A stretch of 64,000 nt of DNA from Octopus vulgaris (lineage: Eukaryota). Positions 1 to 15,204 of this stretch are shown here, piece by piece. A program made the position numbers and the translations under genes. Numbering within the stretch: position 1 is the first letter of the stretch; every line of letters begins with the position of its first letter. The DNA lies in contig OX597825.1 of NCBI GenBank assembly GCA_951406725.2, positions 72,044,001-72,108,000 on the forward strand, read 5' to 3'. The notes below the pieces were generated by a model. The model saw only the letters and a list, made by a program, of their open reading frames with translations, ran no database searches and had not been told where the DNA came from.

Positions 1-661
1 TCCGGATGTAAGAAAGACAGAAAGATAAAAAGTGGTTGGTCGTTTGGAGTGGAGAGAAAACTCAAGAAACACTTAACTTGCCTCGCTTTTTCATCGGTCT
101 CCGTTGAAAGGCAAGGGTGCAGTCTATTACGCCCTGCACTCTTTGCAGCGACAATGGAATTTCTTGAATTCTGTAAACCTTTACATATATCTTTAAAGCG
201 TATTTTTCAGTGTTGTAACGAGATATGCATGATATAATATTGATAACTCATACGATCTAAAACAGTTAAGTCACTATAAATTCACTGACTTTCCACTATT
301 AATAATATATAATATATAACGTATAAAAATGTATAAGTAAATGTAAATAGCTATGAGATTTATTTGAATCGCTAAAGGGGATCGTTTGCTTTTGTTTGTT
401 TTTGTTCTGTTTTGCTTAATTCTGTGATTTTAATTTCTTATCGTTTTAACCGTATTTATTGAAACTGTACATATGTGCGTGCGTGGGTGTCTGCATGAAT
501 ACACACATATATATATATATATATAGAGAGAGAGATGTATATATGAATCTATGTATGTATATACATATATAATGATAATAACAACGATAATAAAAATATA
601 TATACATATACATTCATATATTTTGTTATATATAATATATATGTATACGTGTACACATCTA

Positions 662-705
<44 letters not shown>

Positions 706-861
706 AATATATTGTATATATATATATATATATATATATAAGCCTATACTTATACACACTCATATATATACGCTTATATACTATGTGTATTTACATATTT
801 ATATATGGGACACCCTGTACATATGTATGCATGTACACATATATATATCTATATATTTATA

Positions 862-935
<74 letters not shown>

Positions 936-955
936 CAACCATACATATCATGCAC

Positions 956-994
<39 letters not shown>

Positions 995-1004
995 GATGTA
1001 TGGT

Positions 1005-1039
<35 letters not shown>

Positions 1040-2484
1040 ATGGATGGATTTATGAATGTATATGCATTTATCCTCAGACCGCTACCAAAGCCGCCCGCCA
1101 TATTTTTCCTTGTCGGCATTGACTTCTCCACAACACCTCAGGGGCAGATGTGTGAGATTTAAACATAGACATTGTTCCATTGAAACACAAAAGAACCTTG
1201 AGTGTTTTCGCCAACGGGTCAATGTAAAAGCGAGAGAAGGAAGAAAGAAAGTGAAAGACAGCAAGAACCGTTTATTGTGTTTGTATATTTTCATCGACTA
1301 TGTTTAGTGTCCTTGTCGTTCGTGTATGGTATCTTTTACATACAAACATTGGTTCTCTTTTCTTAAACGACTTGGAAAACCTGTGAATGCAATTAGTTAT
1401 TCTACTGTTTGTAACGCAGTTACTTTCTCAAAATTGCCAGTGGTAGGACAGGAATTTCTTGAAAGGTTTCGCTACAACCGTTGCTTTCTTTTAGTCTTAT
1501 ATTCTTCTTCTTTTCTCCTTCTCTTCGTTTCATTCCCGGCCACCCACCACCTTCTCGGCGTCGTGTGCACTGTGTATAAACGAAGAACTATATAAATAAA
1601 TAGACAAATGAACGTAAAACAGAAGACTTTCCGAAGCAACATCCTACCTCGGGGTTCTGTAATCCAGCTGATCTTACTAGACTATATAAACCGATGTAGA
1701 AACACACTCAAGAATCTCAACACTGTTTTAATGAAATTACTGAAAGCTGTTACAAACCAATTAAGAACCATCGGCACATTTTAAACAGATTTTTATGCAA
1801 ACAACACTTCTTGAATCGCTTTATTTATTCTATTAGATTATCAATAAATTTTACCTGATTAAACTACAAGATCTTCGTTATTTACGTATTTATTTAGGTA
1901 GTTATACACTTATTTATTTCATTCGTTTTCTTTTGCTTTCTCCTGTCTATCCATCGCCATCATCACGTTGGTACTAATTCAGATTCGATTTGTATATCGC
2001 TCACACTGCCCTCGATCTAAACATCATTTCTGTGGTGTAAGTATAGCTTCCTCATACGAATTGTCGATCGTGAATTTTATAGATTTCCTCCTCACCTAAT
2101 TTATTAAGGTAAAAAAAGAAAATAAAAGTCTCTTATAATTTCTTTATCCTTATTAGTACGGTTGACGTGGTGGTAGTGGTGGAACTGATGGTAGTGGCGG
2201 TAGTGGTGGTGGTGGTGGTGGTGGTGGTGGTGGTGGTGGAGAATGACATGACATGTAAAATGTTGTCCAAGAGAAATACATAAACGTCGTCATGGCAATT
2301 GAAACGGGAAAACGGAAACAGAGAGAAAACGTGATGACAGAGTAAGATGGGAACAACAATAGCAACAGCATTATCAACAACAAGCACCAAGGGAATCTAT
2401 GCGCTCAACGTGCTAAGAGTCACAGTCGGGTCTGAGACACAGCGGCACGTTGCGTTCTTGAGCAACGCGCTTCATTTGACATTC

Positions 2485-3075
2485 GAGCTGGCAGACACGT
2501 TAGCGCGCCGGGTGAAATGCTTAGCGGTATTCCGTCTGTCGTTACGTTCTGAGTTCAAATTCCGCCGAGGATGACTTTGCCTTTCATCCTTTCGGGGTCG
2601 ATAAATTAAGTACCAGTTTCGCACTGCGGTCGATGTAATCGACTTAATCCCCTTGTCTGTCCTTGTTTGTCCTCTCTATGTTTAGCCCCTTCTGGGTAGT
2701 AAAGAAATAGGTATTTCGTCTGCCGTTACGTTCTGAGTTCAAATTCCGCCGAGGTTGACTTTGCTTTTCATCCTTTCGGGGTCGGTAAATTAAGTACCAG
2801 TTTCGCACTGTTGTCGATGTAATCGACTTAATCCCCTTGTCTGTCTTTGTTTGTCCCCTCTATGTTTAGCTCCTTGTGGGTAGTAAAGAAATAAGTATTT
2901 CGTCTGCCGTTACGTTCTGAGTTCAAATTCCGCCGAGGTCGACTTTGCCTTTCATCCTTTCGGGGTCGATAAATTAAGTACCAGTTTCGCACTGGGGTCG
3001 GTGTAATCGACTTAATCCCCTTGTCTGTCCTTGTTTGTCCCCTCTATGTTTAGCCCCTTGTGGATAATAAAGAAA
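2485..3075 (+). mobile_element. SINE-B: one tRNA-like head followed by three tandem 184-bp bodies
   Basis: Head gagctggcagacacgttagc; unit gtatt(t/c)cgtctg...gagttcaaattccgccgagg...gcctttcatcctttcggggtcgataaattaagtaccag...taaagaaa starts at 2527, 2711, 2895. Confidence 0.85.
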
Positions 3076-3269
3076 CAGTTATTCAAGTCTTAAAAAAAAA
3101 AAGAAAAATTGTAAAGTTACTACTCGAGTCATGCCGATCCATAAGGGCCGGTTTCCCGGTCTCCATTGCATATACATTCCCCACTTGGACGGGAGGCCAG
3201 TCCTTTGCAGGATTCCTTATTTTTTCCATAGAATTCAAAACAGGTTACTCGACATTCCATAAGCTCCTT

Positions 3270-3552
3270 ACTCTCTTTACTCTTTTACACTTTTCCTATT
3301 TTACTTGTTTCAGTCGTTTGACTGCAGCCATGCTGGAGCACTGCCTTTAGTCGAACAAATCTACCTCAGGACTTATTCTTTGTAAGCCTAATACTTATTC
3401 TATCTCTTTTGCCGAACCGCTAAGTTACGGGGACGTAAGTACACGAGCATCGATTGCCAAGCGATGTTGGGGGAGGGGGACAAACACAGAAACACAAACA
3501 CATACACTCACATACACATACATGTATATACCAAATGCACTCACAAGGCTTT
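3270..3552 (-). mobile_element. SINE-A 3' half
   Basis: Matches the 3' part of the full copies (ttttacttgtttcagtc...gccatgctggagcac...gccgaaccgctaagttacgggg). Confidence 0.8.
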
Positions 3553-3564
3553 GTGTATATAAAG

Positions 3565-3872
<308 letters not shown>

Positions 3873-4354
3873 TATATATATGCATATCTACGTGTGTTTG
3901 TCTGTGTGAGTGTGCGTATATGTGTTTGTGTGTGTGGGTGTGCGTGTATGCGCGCGCACTCCCAATGTTTTATTAAACGACTCTGGATAATGAGGTCCGC
4001 CGTTGCCTGCAGATAAGAAAAGAAGACGAGATGTTCACAGATCAAATGTTTTTAATCATAGATCCGCCCTGGTCAGAGCTTACCTGGTGTTAAACAATAA
4101 AAAACAACAACCAGCTGCATAAACCAGAGCTAAGAGCTAACCATTGTTATAAGGCCGGTGATAATAGGTGTCTTCATCTGTCGTAGAATATATATACCTG
4201 CTTTCGTACGAAGTCGTTATCAGATGAAGAGAGAAGCGAAAGATCCGTAAAGGAATTTATCTCCGCCATCAATAACATTGAGATCTCATGTTCATAACAG
4301 CGTGGCCAATACGTTGTACTGTGCTTCAGTTACTCCGAGACATCAAGCGACAAA

Positions 4355-4832
<478 letters not shown>

Positions 4833-4876
4833 ACTTTCAAAAACCCACGCGCGCGCAACCCTGTGTGTACGGATGT

Positions 4877-5906
<1,030 letters not shown>

Positions 5907-5964
5907 GTCTGTATGGAGATCTTTTTGAATGCGTGTACATATGTATGTTTTCTTTTGTTGTTTC

Positions 5965-6140
5965 ACTCTTTTACTTGTCCCAGTGATTTGACTGCGGCCA
6001 TGTTGGAGCTACATCTTAAAGAGTTTTTAGTCGAAGAAATCGACCCCAGGACTTATTTATTGTACTTATTCTGTCGGGGACATAAACACACCAACATCGA
6101 TTGTTGAGCGATGGGAAGGGGGATTAATATAGACACAAAG

Positions 6141-6194
<54 letters not shown>

Positions 6195-6383
6195 GACGGG
6201 CTTCTCTCAGTTTCCGTCTATCAAATCCACTCACAAGGTTCTGGTCGGCTCGAGGCTATAGTAGAAGTCATTTGCTCAAAGTGCCACGCTGTGGGACTGA
6301 ACACGGAACCATGTGGTTGGGAAGCAAACTTATTACCCAGCTACTCCAGCTTCTTACCACACAGCAACACAGCCACACCTGCA

Positions 6384-6386
<3 letters not shown>
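5965..6386 (-). mobile_element. SINE-A, diverged copy
   Basis: Head, CORE-like segment and tail homologous to other copies. Confidence 0.8.
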
Positions 6387-6464
<78 letters not shown>

Positions 6465-6564
6465 CTTAAATTTTTTTCATTTTCTTTCTTCTACAAACCT
6501 ATTATGTGTTGTGTTTTACTCGGAGAATTTATGGTGGTAATAGTGTCTTTTGACGTCTATTTTT

Positions 6565-6790
6565 CAGTGTGTGGTGAGGCGAGAGACCAACAAACCTCCT
6601 TGTAACACAAAAGATGAACTGAAGGCAAAGATTATTCACCAATTTAAACAAGGAGAACTGCAGGAAATTCCGAAGTCGTCTGGAGGCTGTGGTTGAAGCC
6701 AATGGCGATTATATTGAATAAATTTACTCTTTAGTATTTCAAGATATTTTAATGTAATTTTGGTAAATATATCTGTTAAGATATAGAAGA
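6565..6790 (+). mobile_element. maT/DD37D-type Tc1-mariner transposase 3' fragment
   Basis: Reads RETNKPPCNTKDELKAKI...CRKFRSRLEAVVEANGDYIE*; homologous to 61090-61450. Confidence 0.75.
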
Positions 6791-6874
6791 TGTAGATGAT
6801 GTAGAAGAAAGAAAATGAAAGAAAATGAAAGAAAATGAAAGAAAATGAAAGAAGATGAAAGAAAACTTTTGTTC

Positions 6875-6941
<67 letters not shown>

Positions 6942-7029
6942 AAAGAGATATTTTCTTCAAACTTGGCATAACGGAAGGAAAGACTATTTGGTTTCTTCAT
7001 ATATATATATGTACATACATATTTATACG

Positions 7030-7537
7030 AGCAAAACGCCCCCCGTCCAATGGACGGTACTGAATCATATCTGCTGAATAAAAAGCAATCAGTGTTTTCT
7101 TTTCATTAAAAAATAATTAAGCATACCTTTATTTCAATAAAATTTTTAGTTTTGTTAAACGAAATTAAGGCAAAGAAAGGAACTTCTTGAGAAACCAAAT
7201 AGTCTTTCCTTCCTTCATGCCAAGTTTGAAGAAAATATCTCTTTTGCATTTTAAGTTTTGGGTCTCTTAAATATTCTGCATTTTGTGGCATTATTTCAAG
7301 CCAGCCGGCTTTTTTTGCGCAAACTGCACGTCCAATTTTCTCGCGTACGCGTAGTATCGATCGCAACAGCTGATGTATTTGCGCGTACAAAGGCACGTTC
7401 CCACGGCTTTATCGATCGCATTCTCACCTGGAATCGATTTTTGTAATGTTTTCAAGACTTATACACGCCCTGATACCGCAATCGGATGGAGGATGCCCGA
7501 GATCCTAGAAAACATTACACACAGACAGATAGAACGG

Positions 7538-7545
<8 letters not shown>
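7030..7545 (-). mobile_element. Possible Helitron-like/DNA element fragment
   Basis: Right end acagacagatagaacggattttatatat resembles the right end of the 5147-5641 element; lies between (TA)n tracts. Confidence 0.4.
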
Positions 7546-7576
<31 letters not shown>

Positions 7577-7580
<4 letters not shown>

Positions 7581-7739
7581 CTTTACTGCCCACAAGGGGC
7601 TAAACGTAGAGGGGAGAAACAAGGACAGACAAACGGATTAAGTCGATTACATCGACCCCAGTGTGTAACTGGTACTTAATTTATCGACCCCGAAAGGATG
7701 AAAGGCAAAGTCGACCTCGGCGGAATTTGAACTCAGAAC
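7577..7739 (-). mobile_element. SINE-B body
   Basis: Reverse complement of the 184-bp unit. Confidence 0.85.
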
Positions 7740-7764
7740 ATGTTTGTATGTATGTGTGTGTATG

Positions 7765-7801
<37 letters not shown>

Positions 7802-7803
7802 CA

Positions 7804-7841
<38 letters not shown>

Positions 7842-7846
7842 TAACA

Positions 7847-7917
<71 letters not shown>

Positions 7918-8554
7918 GTATGTATGTATGTATGTGTGTGTATATATATATATACATATATATATATATACATACATATATGTATATATATATAGATATA
8001 CACACACATATATGTAGCATACATACATACACACACACACAACACAAATCATTTCACGCCCGATTTTTATTATCTTGCAGTTTCGTCCTTCTCTTTCGTT
8101 AATCGAATTTCAAAAGACTATTCGAAATTGGTGGGACGACCGTTCTTATTTATCACGATCCAATAATTATTGTTAATGCACTTACGATGATATACTTGTA
8201 CTTGCCCCCTTTGTGATATTGTTGTTGTTGTTGTCGTCGTCTTCGTATTGTAATATTTATTGTTTCCTTTTTACATATTTTCTTATTTTTATATCCTTTA
8301 TATTTATAATAGATACTTCTCCTCATTTCTATCGTTGCTTTGTTTGTTGGTTTTTTTCACCTTCCTGGTCTGACCTACCACTTTGCTAATTTCTTTTCCT
8401 CATCCATAAATTTTTCTCTCTAACGTCATATTTTTTTTTATGTGTGTGTGTGTGTGTTTTATTTATTTCTTTTAACCTTTATTTTTTGATTTTACTTTTA
8501 TTACTATTTCATCGTTGTCGTTTTTTTTGGTTTTTTTTTGCTCTAGAAACCTCT

Positions 8555-8820
8555 AGCGGACTCGCGGACGTAGGATCGCGGTTTCGATTCCCAGACCGGG
8601 CGTTGTGAGTGTTTATTGAGCGAAAACACCTAAAAGCTCCACGATCGGTGGTGGTGGCGATTCCTGCTGTACTCTTTCACCACAACTTTCTCTCACTCTT
8701 TCTTCTGTTGGCCTGCTCGCTTAGCCAGCGGGGTGGCGTCATTCGAAGGCTAAAACAATGCGAAGCACATTGTGACCAGCGATGTGTAGCAACATCTGAT
8801 AGCCTGGTCAGTCACGTGAT

Positions 8821-8825
<5 letters not shown>
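8555..8825 (+). mobile_element. SINE-C (tRNA-Arg-like head) with tail type b
   Basis: gcggactcgcgg (TCG anticodon-like), ggtttcgattcc B box; tail ggcctgctcgcttagccagcgggg...tcacgtgatcacgtgat, also present alone at 56092-56212. Confidence 0.8.
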
Positions 8826-8871
<46 letters not shown>

Positions 8872-9029
8872 GAAAGAATGTATCAATTAATGAAATACAC
8901 GCGCGCTCACACACACACACACACATACACACACACTCACACACACACGTATGTATGTATGTATAAGTTTAATCGATGTAATAAAATTTGTTTCATGAAA
9001 TTAAGAAACAAAACTGAACTATCATTCTT

Positions 9030-9063
9030 ATTATCATCATCATAATCATTATTATTATTATTA

Positions 9064-9131
<68 letters not shown>

Positions 9132-9184
9132 TATTATTATTATTATCATTATCATTATTATTATTATCATTATTATCATTATTA

Positions 9185-9225
<41 letters not shown>

Positions 9226-9227
9226 TA

Positions 9228-9282
<55 letters not shown>

Positions 9283-9320
9283 CATCATTATCATAATCAT
9301 CATCATCATCATCATCATCA

Positions 9321-9381
<61 letters not shown>

Positions 9382-9974
9382 CATCATCATCATCACTATC
9401 ATCATCATCATCATCATCATCATTATTATTATTATTAATATTATCATTATATCTTTTCTGTATGATTTATATAGAGAGTAAATGGAACAGTGTAGGAATG
9501 TATGCAAGAATGATAAAAACAAGTACATTTATTTACGATCGTGTTGGACCGATAATGATGCCGACGTCAACGATGACAACGATGGTGATGATGATGATGA
9601 TGACGACGACGACGACGACGATGATGATGATGATGATGATGATGAAGAAGATGATGATGATGATAATGATGGTGATGATAATGATGATGGTGATTGTAAT
9701 GATGATGCTCGTGATGGTCGTGATTATCACTCTCCTCTTCCGATTCATCATCTGTCGTGCTCCTTGTAATCGTCATCATTGTCATCATTCTCCTTGTGAT
9801 CACCACCACCACCACCACCACCACCACCAACCAATAACCAGTAGTTACAGGTACATCAACAACATAGATAGTATTTCCGAAATTGTAAAACAAAAATGGA
9901 AGAATATGCTATAAAAACCACCACCGAAAGCAACAACTACTACTAGGATTGCTACCACCACAACAACAATAACA

Positions 9975-10018
<44 letters not shown>

Positions 10019-10260
10019 CACTACTACCACCACCACCACCACCACCATCACCATCACCACTAGTAAATCAAAAGGAACGACACATTACTTATTGTCACTA
10101 ACCACTACAGCAACAACCTTTAGAAATGTCACTCTGTGCCATCTCGTCTACCTACTACTGCTACTGCTGCTGCTACTGCTACTACTACTTCAGCTATTCT
10201 TAAGAATACTGCCATGTAACAATATGACGACGACTACGACGACGACGACGACGACAGTTC
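9030..10260. repeat. Compound trinucleotide repeat field (TAT/CAT/GAT/GAC/CAC/TAC/CTG)
   Basis: Direct inspection. Confidence 0.9.
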
Positions 10261-10650
10261 ATTCCCTGGTCATTTTATGAATAAAAAAAGAAACGAACAG
10301 CATCTGTCATTATGTTTGTGTCATCATCAGCATTAATATATAAAAAATTTGATATCTCTTATCAGTTTTCTTATTTCAAAACTAATAAATTATCTTTCTT
10401 TCCAGGGTATATCACTGAAATTAATGAGGACAAGAAAGATCTGAATGCGTGAATCTTAGCACGACAAAGAGAAGCAAACTGCAATAATGTAATGGCTTTC
10501 GTTTAGCTACAAACAGTTCAGAGAATAACCGGTTAAAATATGTTCATGGCTTTTTACGAGAAGTACCAAACAGCGTCAGTGAAGCGTGCATGGCGATGCT
10601 AAATATTGAAAGCCTGTTGTCGGTTTTGTTTCCTTGTGTGAATATTGGTG

Positions 10651-10805
<155 letters not shown>

Positions 10806-10825
10806 TATAATAATAATAATAATCG

Positions 10826-11174
10826 GTAGCTACCTAATTGGGAATGATAGCAAAAGGGGCTTTTAGCTACCTAACTCAGATACCAGGACACCCCAAAATG
10901 GCAGAAATTCAAAAGATAGTGCTCATGGGAACTGCTCATATCCTACGCAAAATACTTTCTATGTAATCTCAAGGTTTAAAACAAACATAATTTTCGGTTT
11001 TTAAAAACATTTTTTTTTTGTTTTAGACATTCATTAGTACAACACCAAAAACTGCCCCTCCAAATATATGGCACACTAGGCATAACAACAACATGAACTT
11101 CCAACCTGTTGTCTCTTGAGGTCTCTGGGTGAGACTTGGAGCCAACTTGTACAAATATAAAGCAAAAGTCAAAC

Positions 11175-11176
<2 letters not shown>
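10826..11176 (+). mobile_element. R4/Dong-like non-LTR retrotransposon 3' end in (TAA)n
   Basis: GMIAKGAFSYLTQIPGHPKMAEIQKIVLMGTAHILRKILSM* then 3' UTR; (AAT)n on both sides. Confidence 0.8.
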
Positions 11177-11250
<74 letters not shown>

Positions 11251-11256
11251 TAATAA

Positions 11257-11725
11257 TGAAATTATTGTATACAGTGCTCAGGTGCACCACAACGTATAAA
11301 GCGTATAAAGCATATGCAGTAATGTACAAATGTCTGGGAAGTGAACAGTGTATGAGCCAGATACATGCTTGCGTGTGTATGGAGGGGAGAAAATCAGGTG
11401 TAGTGTTGGCGAATCTCAGGAAGCATGGAAGTTTTGAAGGATGCAGTGCTCTGACAATTAACAACTGATGCCGGCAGGTTGTTCCATGCTTCAGCAACCC
11501 TTAGCGTGAAAAAGTGTTTCCGAAAGTCATGGGAGCTGTGCTGTTTTCTGACTTTATAAACATGTCCACGGGCGTTAGACAGGTGTAGTTTGAAAAGGTG
11601 CTCAGAGTTATTGTTTGTAAGATGGTTAATAATTTTATGGGTGTCTGCCAAGTCAGCTGCTAGACGTCGAAGTTTCAATGTATCCATGCCCATGGAAGTA
11701 AGGCGTTCAGAATAAGGCAAATGCC
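11257..11725 (-). mobile_element. CR1-clade LINE 3' end
   Basis: PYSERL...LKLRRLAADL...RGHVYKV...RKHFFTLRVAEAWNNLPASVV...FK, typical CR1 ORF2 C-terminus. Confidence 0.85.
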
Positions 11726-12116
11726 TGCTTGTTATAAAAGTAATTCTTCAGATCATATACTTTATTCGACAATATTGTGAAAAAAATTTACAAATGTTTG
11801 ATTGTAGAATCGTTGTTTGAACTTCCCTTCAGCCCTACTTACGAACCGTTTATGCGTTATGTTGAGGTTTAGCTTAGTAGAAGTAGGACTTCGTACTTCA
11901 TAAATGAAAGCTCCATTTATGAACTAGCCTTAGTAGGCATGTACTAGTGATTCCACATGATTATGTAGACTTAGTTTACTCGTGGGTGCATGTGATATTA
12001 GATTCTTACGGAAGGAAAGAATATGATGTTTGAACAGTAGAAGAAAAAGAAAAATAGAAATACAAAATGACTGATGGTTAGTAAGGAGAGACACAAATAA
12101 GAAAGAAGAAAACAAA

Positions 12117-12161
12117 GGACCACTGATGCGGTCACAGGAGTGTGACGAAAGAACTCTGGCC
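12117..12161 (+). ncRNA. Type I hammerhead ribozyme-like motif (core A9 to C variant)
   Basis: ggacca-CTGATGC-g-gtcaca ggag tgtgac-GAAA-gaac-TC-tggcc: perfect 6-bp stem II, stem I cca/tgg. Confidence 0.55.
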
Positions 12162-12486
12162 GAAATAAGATTAAGATTAATGTAAAAAATAAATAACAAT
12201 GAAGCAAAATAACACCAAATATATAGTGCGTGTGTTTTTATTGGCGAAACTGGCAATATGACCATTCCGAAATATAACAATATCTGTTTCAACACACGAC
12301 TTCACATAAAAAATCTTGCACAACAAATATTTAAACGTAAAAATATCTCTGAAATCTATATAAACATGATTTTGGTTTGAATATCTGATGAGAAATTTTC
12401 AATAAATCGAAATACTTGAAGTGTTTGTAAGGTAACTGAATAACACTGTCTTCACCTGACTAATTGCATCCAAACACATGCATATA

Positions 12487-12907
12487 TCTTTTATCTTTTA
12501 CTTGTTTCAGCCAGTAGAGTGTGGCCATGCTGGGGCACCTACTTGAAGAAGTTTTAGTTAAATGACTCGACTCTAGCAGTTTCTTTTTAGCCTGGTACTT
12601 ACTCTGTCGGTCTCTTCTTGTCGAACCACCACCTTACGGCGACGTAAACACACCAACACTGGTTGTCAAGTGGTGGTGGGGTTACAAACACAGACACAAA
12701 CACACACACATGCATACATGCATACAGACATACACACACTCACACACACATACACGACAGGCTTCTTTCAGTCTTTGTCTACCAAATCCACTCACAAGGT
12801 TTTGGTCGGTTCGAAAATATATTAAAAGACACTCGCCCAAGGTTTTACGCAATGGGGCTGAACTCGGAAGCACGTAGTATGGAAACAGACTTCTTACCAC
12901 ACAGCCA
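12487..12907 (-). mobile_element. SINE-A, old diverged copy
   Basis: Homology along the full length. Confidence 0.75.
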
Positions 12908-12924
12908 ATTCTGTATAAGGACAA

Positions 12925-13415
12925 GCTCTGTAGTGCAACGCTTGGGTATTGAGCTGGAGGCCTTATTTATTAGAAGCAGCTGGAGGTGTTTCCGCAATCG
13001 GCATATCTATATGCCAAGTGAGGATCCTGGTGGAGTAGAACGGGGTTGATTTGGCGGGGACTGGCCATGGATAAGTAACGTGGAATTGGATGCAAAGCTA
13101 TCGGCGAAATTGGAGGTCTTCCAATTATTTGCTTACAGGGAAATCCCTGTTTAGGAGAGGAAAAGAGAACTCAGTGGAGATTATTTTGATAGGAGACCTA
13201 AAGGATCAGCTAGTTTGGAAGGCGGGAAAGCTTGAGGGTCAAGTGACACGAAAGACAACCAGTGCAAACTGGATAGTGGTATTACAAGAATTGCACTGCT
13301 GGGCGAATGCCGCATGGTTTGAAGGTATGAGTGAGATCCTCCAGGTGTTATCTTTTGTAGAGGTTATCTTTTGCCCGAACAGCTGCAGCACAGTAGATCA
13401 CGTAGGAGACTAGGT
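12925..13415 (-). mobile_element. Decayed LINE (CR1/L2/Jockey-like) ORF2 linker fragment
   Basis: Pieces CAAAVRAKDNLYK and FADSFASNSTL resemble the APE-RT linker; many frameshifts. Confidence 0.4.
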
Positions 13416-13450
13416 ATGTTTAGGTTTCTTTGTATGTGAGATGTTAATGG

Positions 13451-13855
13451 ACATACATACATACATACACACACACATACATACATACATACATACATAC
13501 ATACACACATACATACATACATACATACATACATACACACATACATACATACATACATACATACATACATACATACATACATACATACATACACACACAC
13601 ATACATACATACATACACACACACATACATACATACACACACACATACATACATACACACACACATACATACATACATACATACATACATACATACATAC
13701 ATACATACATACATACATACATACACACACACATACATACATACATACATACATACACACACACATACATACATACATACATACACACACACATACATAC
13801 ATACATACATACATACATACATACATACATACACACATATACACATACATACATC
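13451..13855. repeat. (ACAT)n/(AC)n compound microsatellite
   Basis: Direct inspection. Confidence 0.95.
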
Positions 13856-13983
13856 AAAACTCTGTGTGTGTGTGTGTTTACGTGTAAGTATGTGTGTGAG
13901 TGTGTATGTCAGGGGAGTGAAGCAACGCACGTACATACACGCACATATATACATATTTACATGTGTCTATTATTTTATCTATG

Positions 13984-14046
<63 letters not shown>

Positions 14047-14065
14047 TTGTCTATCTGGTTGTGTG

Positions 14066-14129
<64 letters not shown>

Positions 14130-14208
14130 CACAGCCTTAGAAGCACATAGTTATTATGAATCCCATAATTCATTAAGGGTGTGAAAAAGAGCACACAACG
14201 CTTTCGGC

Positions 14209-14283
<75 letters not shown>

Positions 14284-14873
14284 TCATACACACGAAAAAT
14301 ATTGACACCCACCTCTATCCATCTGTATGTGTGTGTGTGCATGTGTGTGTCTCTGTGTGTATGTGTGTGTGTCTCTGTGTGTTTATAGGTATGTATGTAT
14401 GTACGTATGTATGTATGTAAGTAAGTATGTATGTATGTATGTATGTATGTATATAAGATATTACTTCTTGATAATATTCGACTTTCATTAGATCACATTA
14501 CATCTTAAAATGAAAGCCATAAAAAACCTCAAAGTGAAATCTTAGGGTAAAGGAGATTTGCTAAAAGATGTACCTAAGTTGAATTGGAAACCGGGTGCTG
14601 ACGGTAATGTCAGTGGCGATGGGGTTGATAGTATTTTGTAGTAACACAAAATGATACCTGTATTGATTGGGTAGGGTGGAAGGCGGTGACTGGGGTGTAT
14701 ATGAGTTTTAGGTTAATATAGTGCATGGGAGATTGACCGGGTGTTTTTGCTTGTTATTTATACGAGACACACCTGAGTTTTTCATTGGTGTCAGGTTTCA
14801 TCAACAGAATTGCTTTCGGTCCTAGGTTAGGGTATGTTGATATCTCTTCATCCTCTCTGCTTTTTTTTTTTCC

Positions 14874-15137
14874 TTTTTACTCTCTTTACTCTTTTGCTTG
14901 TTTCAGTATTTTGACTGTGGCCATGCTGGGACACCGCCTTTAGTCGAGCAAATTGACTCCAGGACTTATTCTTTGTACTTATTCTATCGGTCTCTTTTGC
15001 TGAACCGCTAAGTTACGGGGACGTAAGCACACCACCATCGGTTGTCAAGCCATGTTGGGGGGAGAAACGCAAACACATAAACATACACACACATACATAC
15101 ATACATACATACATACATACATACATACATACATACA

Positions 15138-15204
<67 letters not shown>

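Noticed and set aside
1082-1294. 70-aa ORF with a hydrophobic N-terminus and cysteines (secreted peptide?)
   Set aside because: Hydrophobicity comes from a pyrimidine tract; no recognisable family or processing sites.
2527-3075. Regular repeats resembling a CRISPR array
   Set aside because: Whole 184-bp units repeat with no unique spacers; no cas genes; eukaryotic SINE.
4171-4230. 10-bp inverted repeat enclosing minus-strand CTGATAA...GAAA
   Set aside because: G8 is missing, there is no NUH site before stem I, and stem III does not form.
14560-14850. Possible LINE ORF1 remnant on minus
   Set aside because: Composition is suggestive but there is no diagnostic motif.
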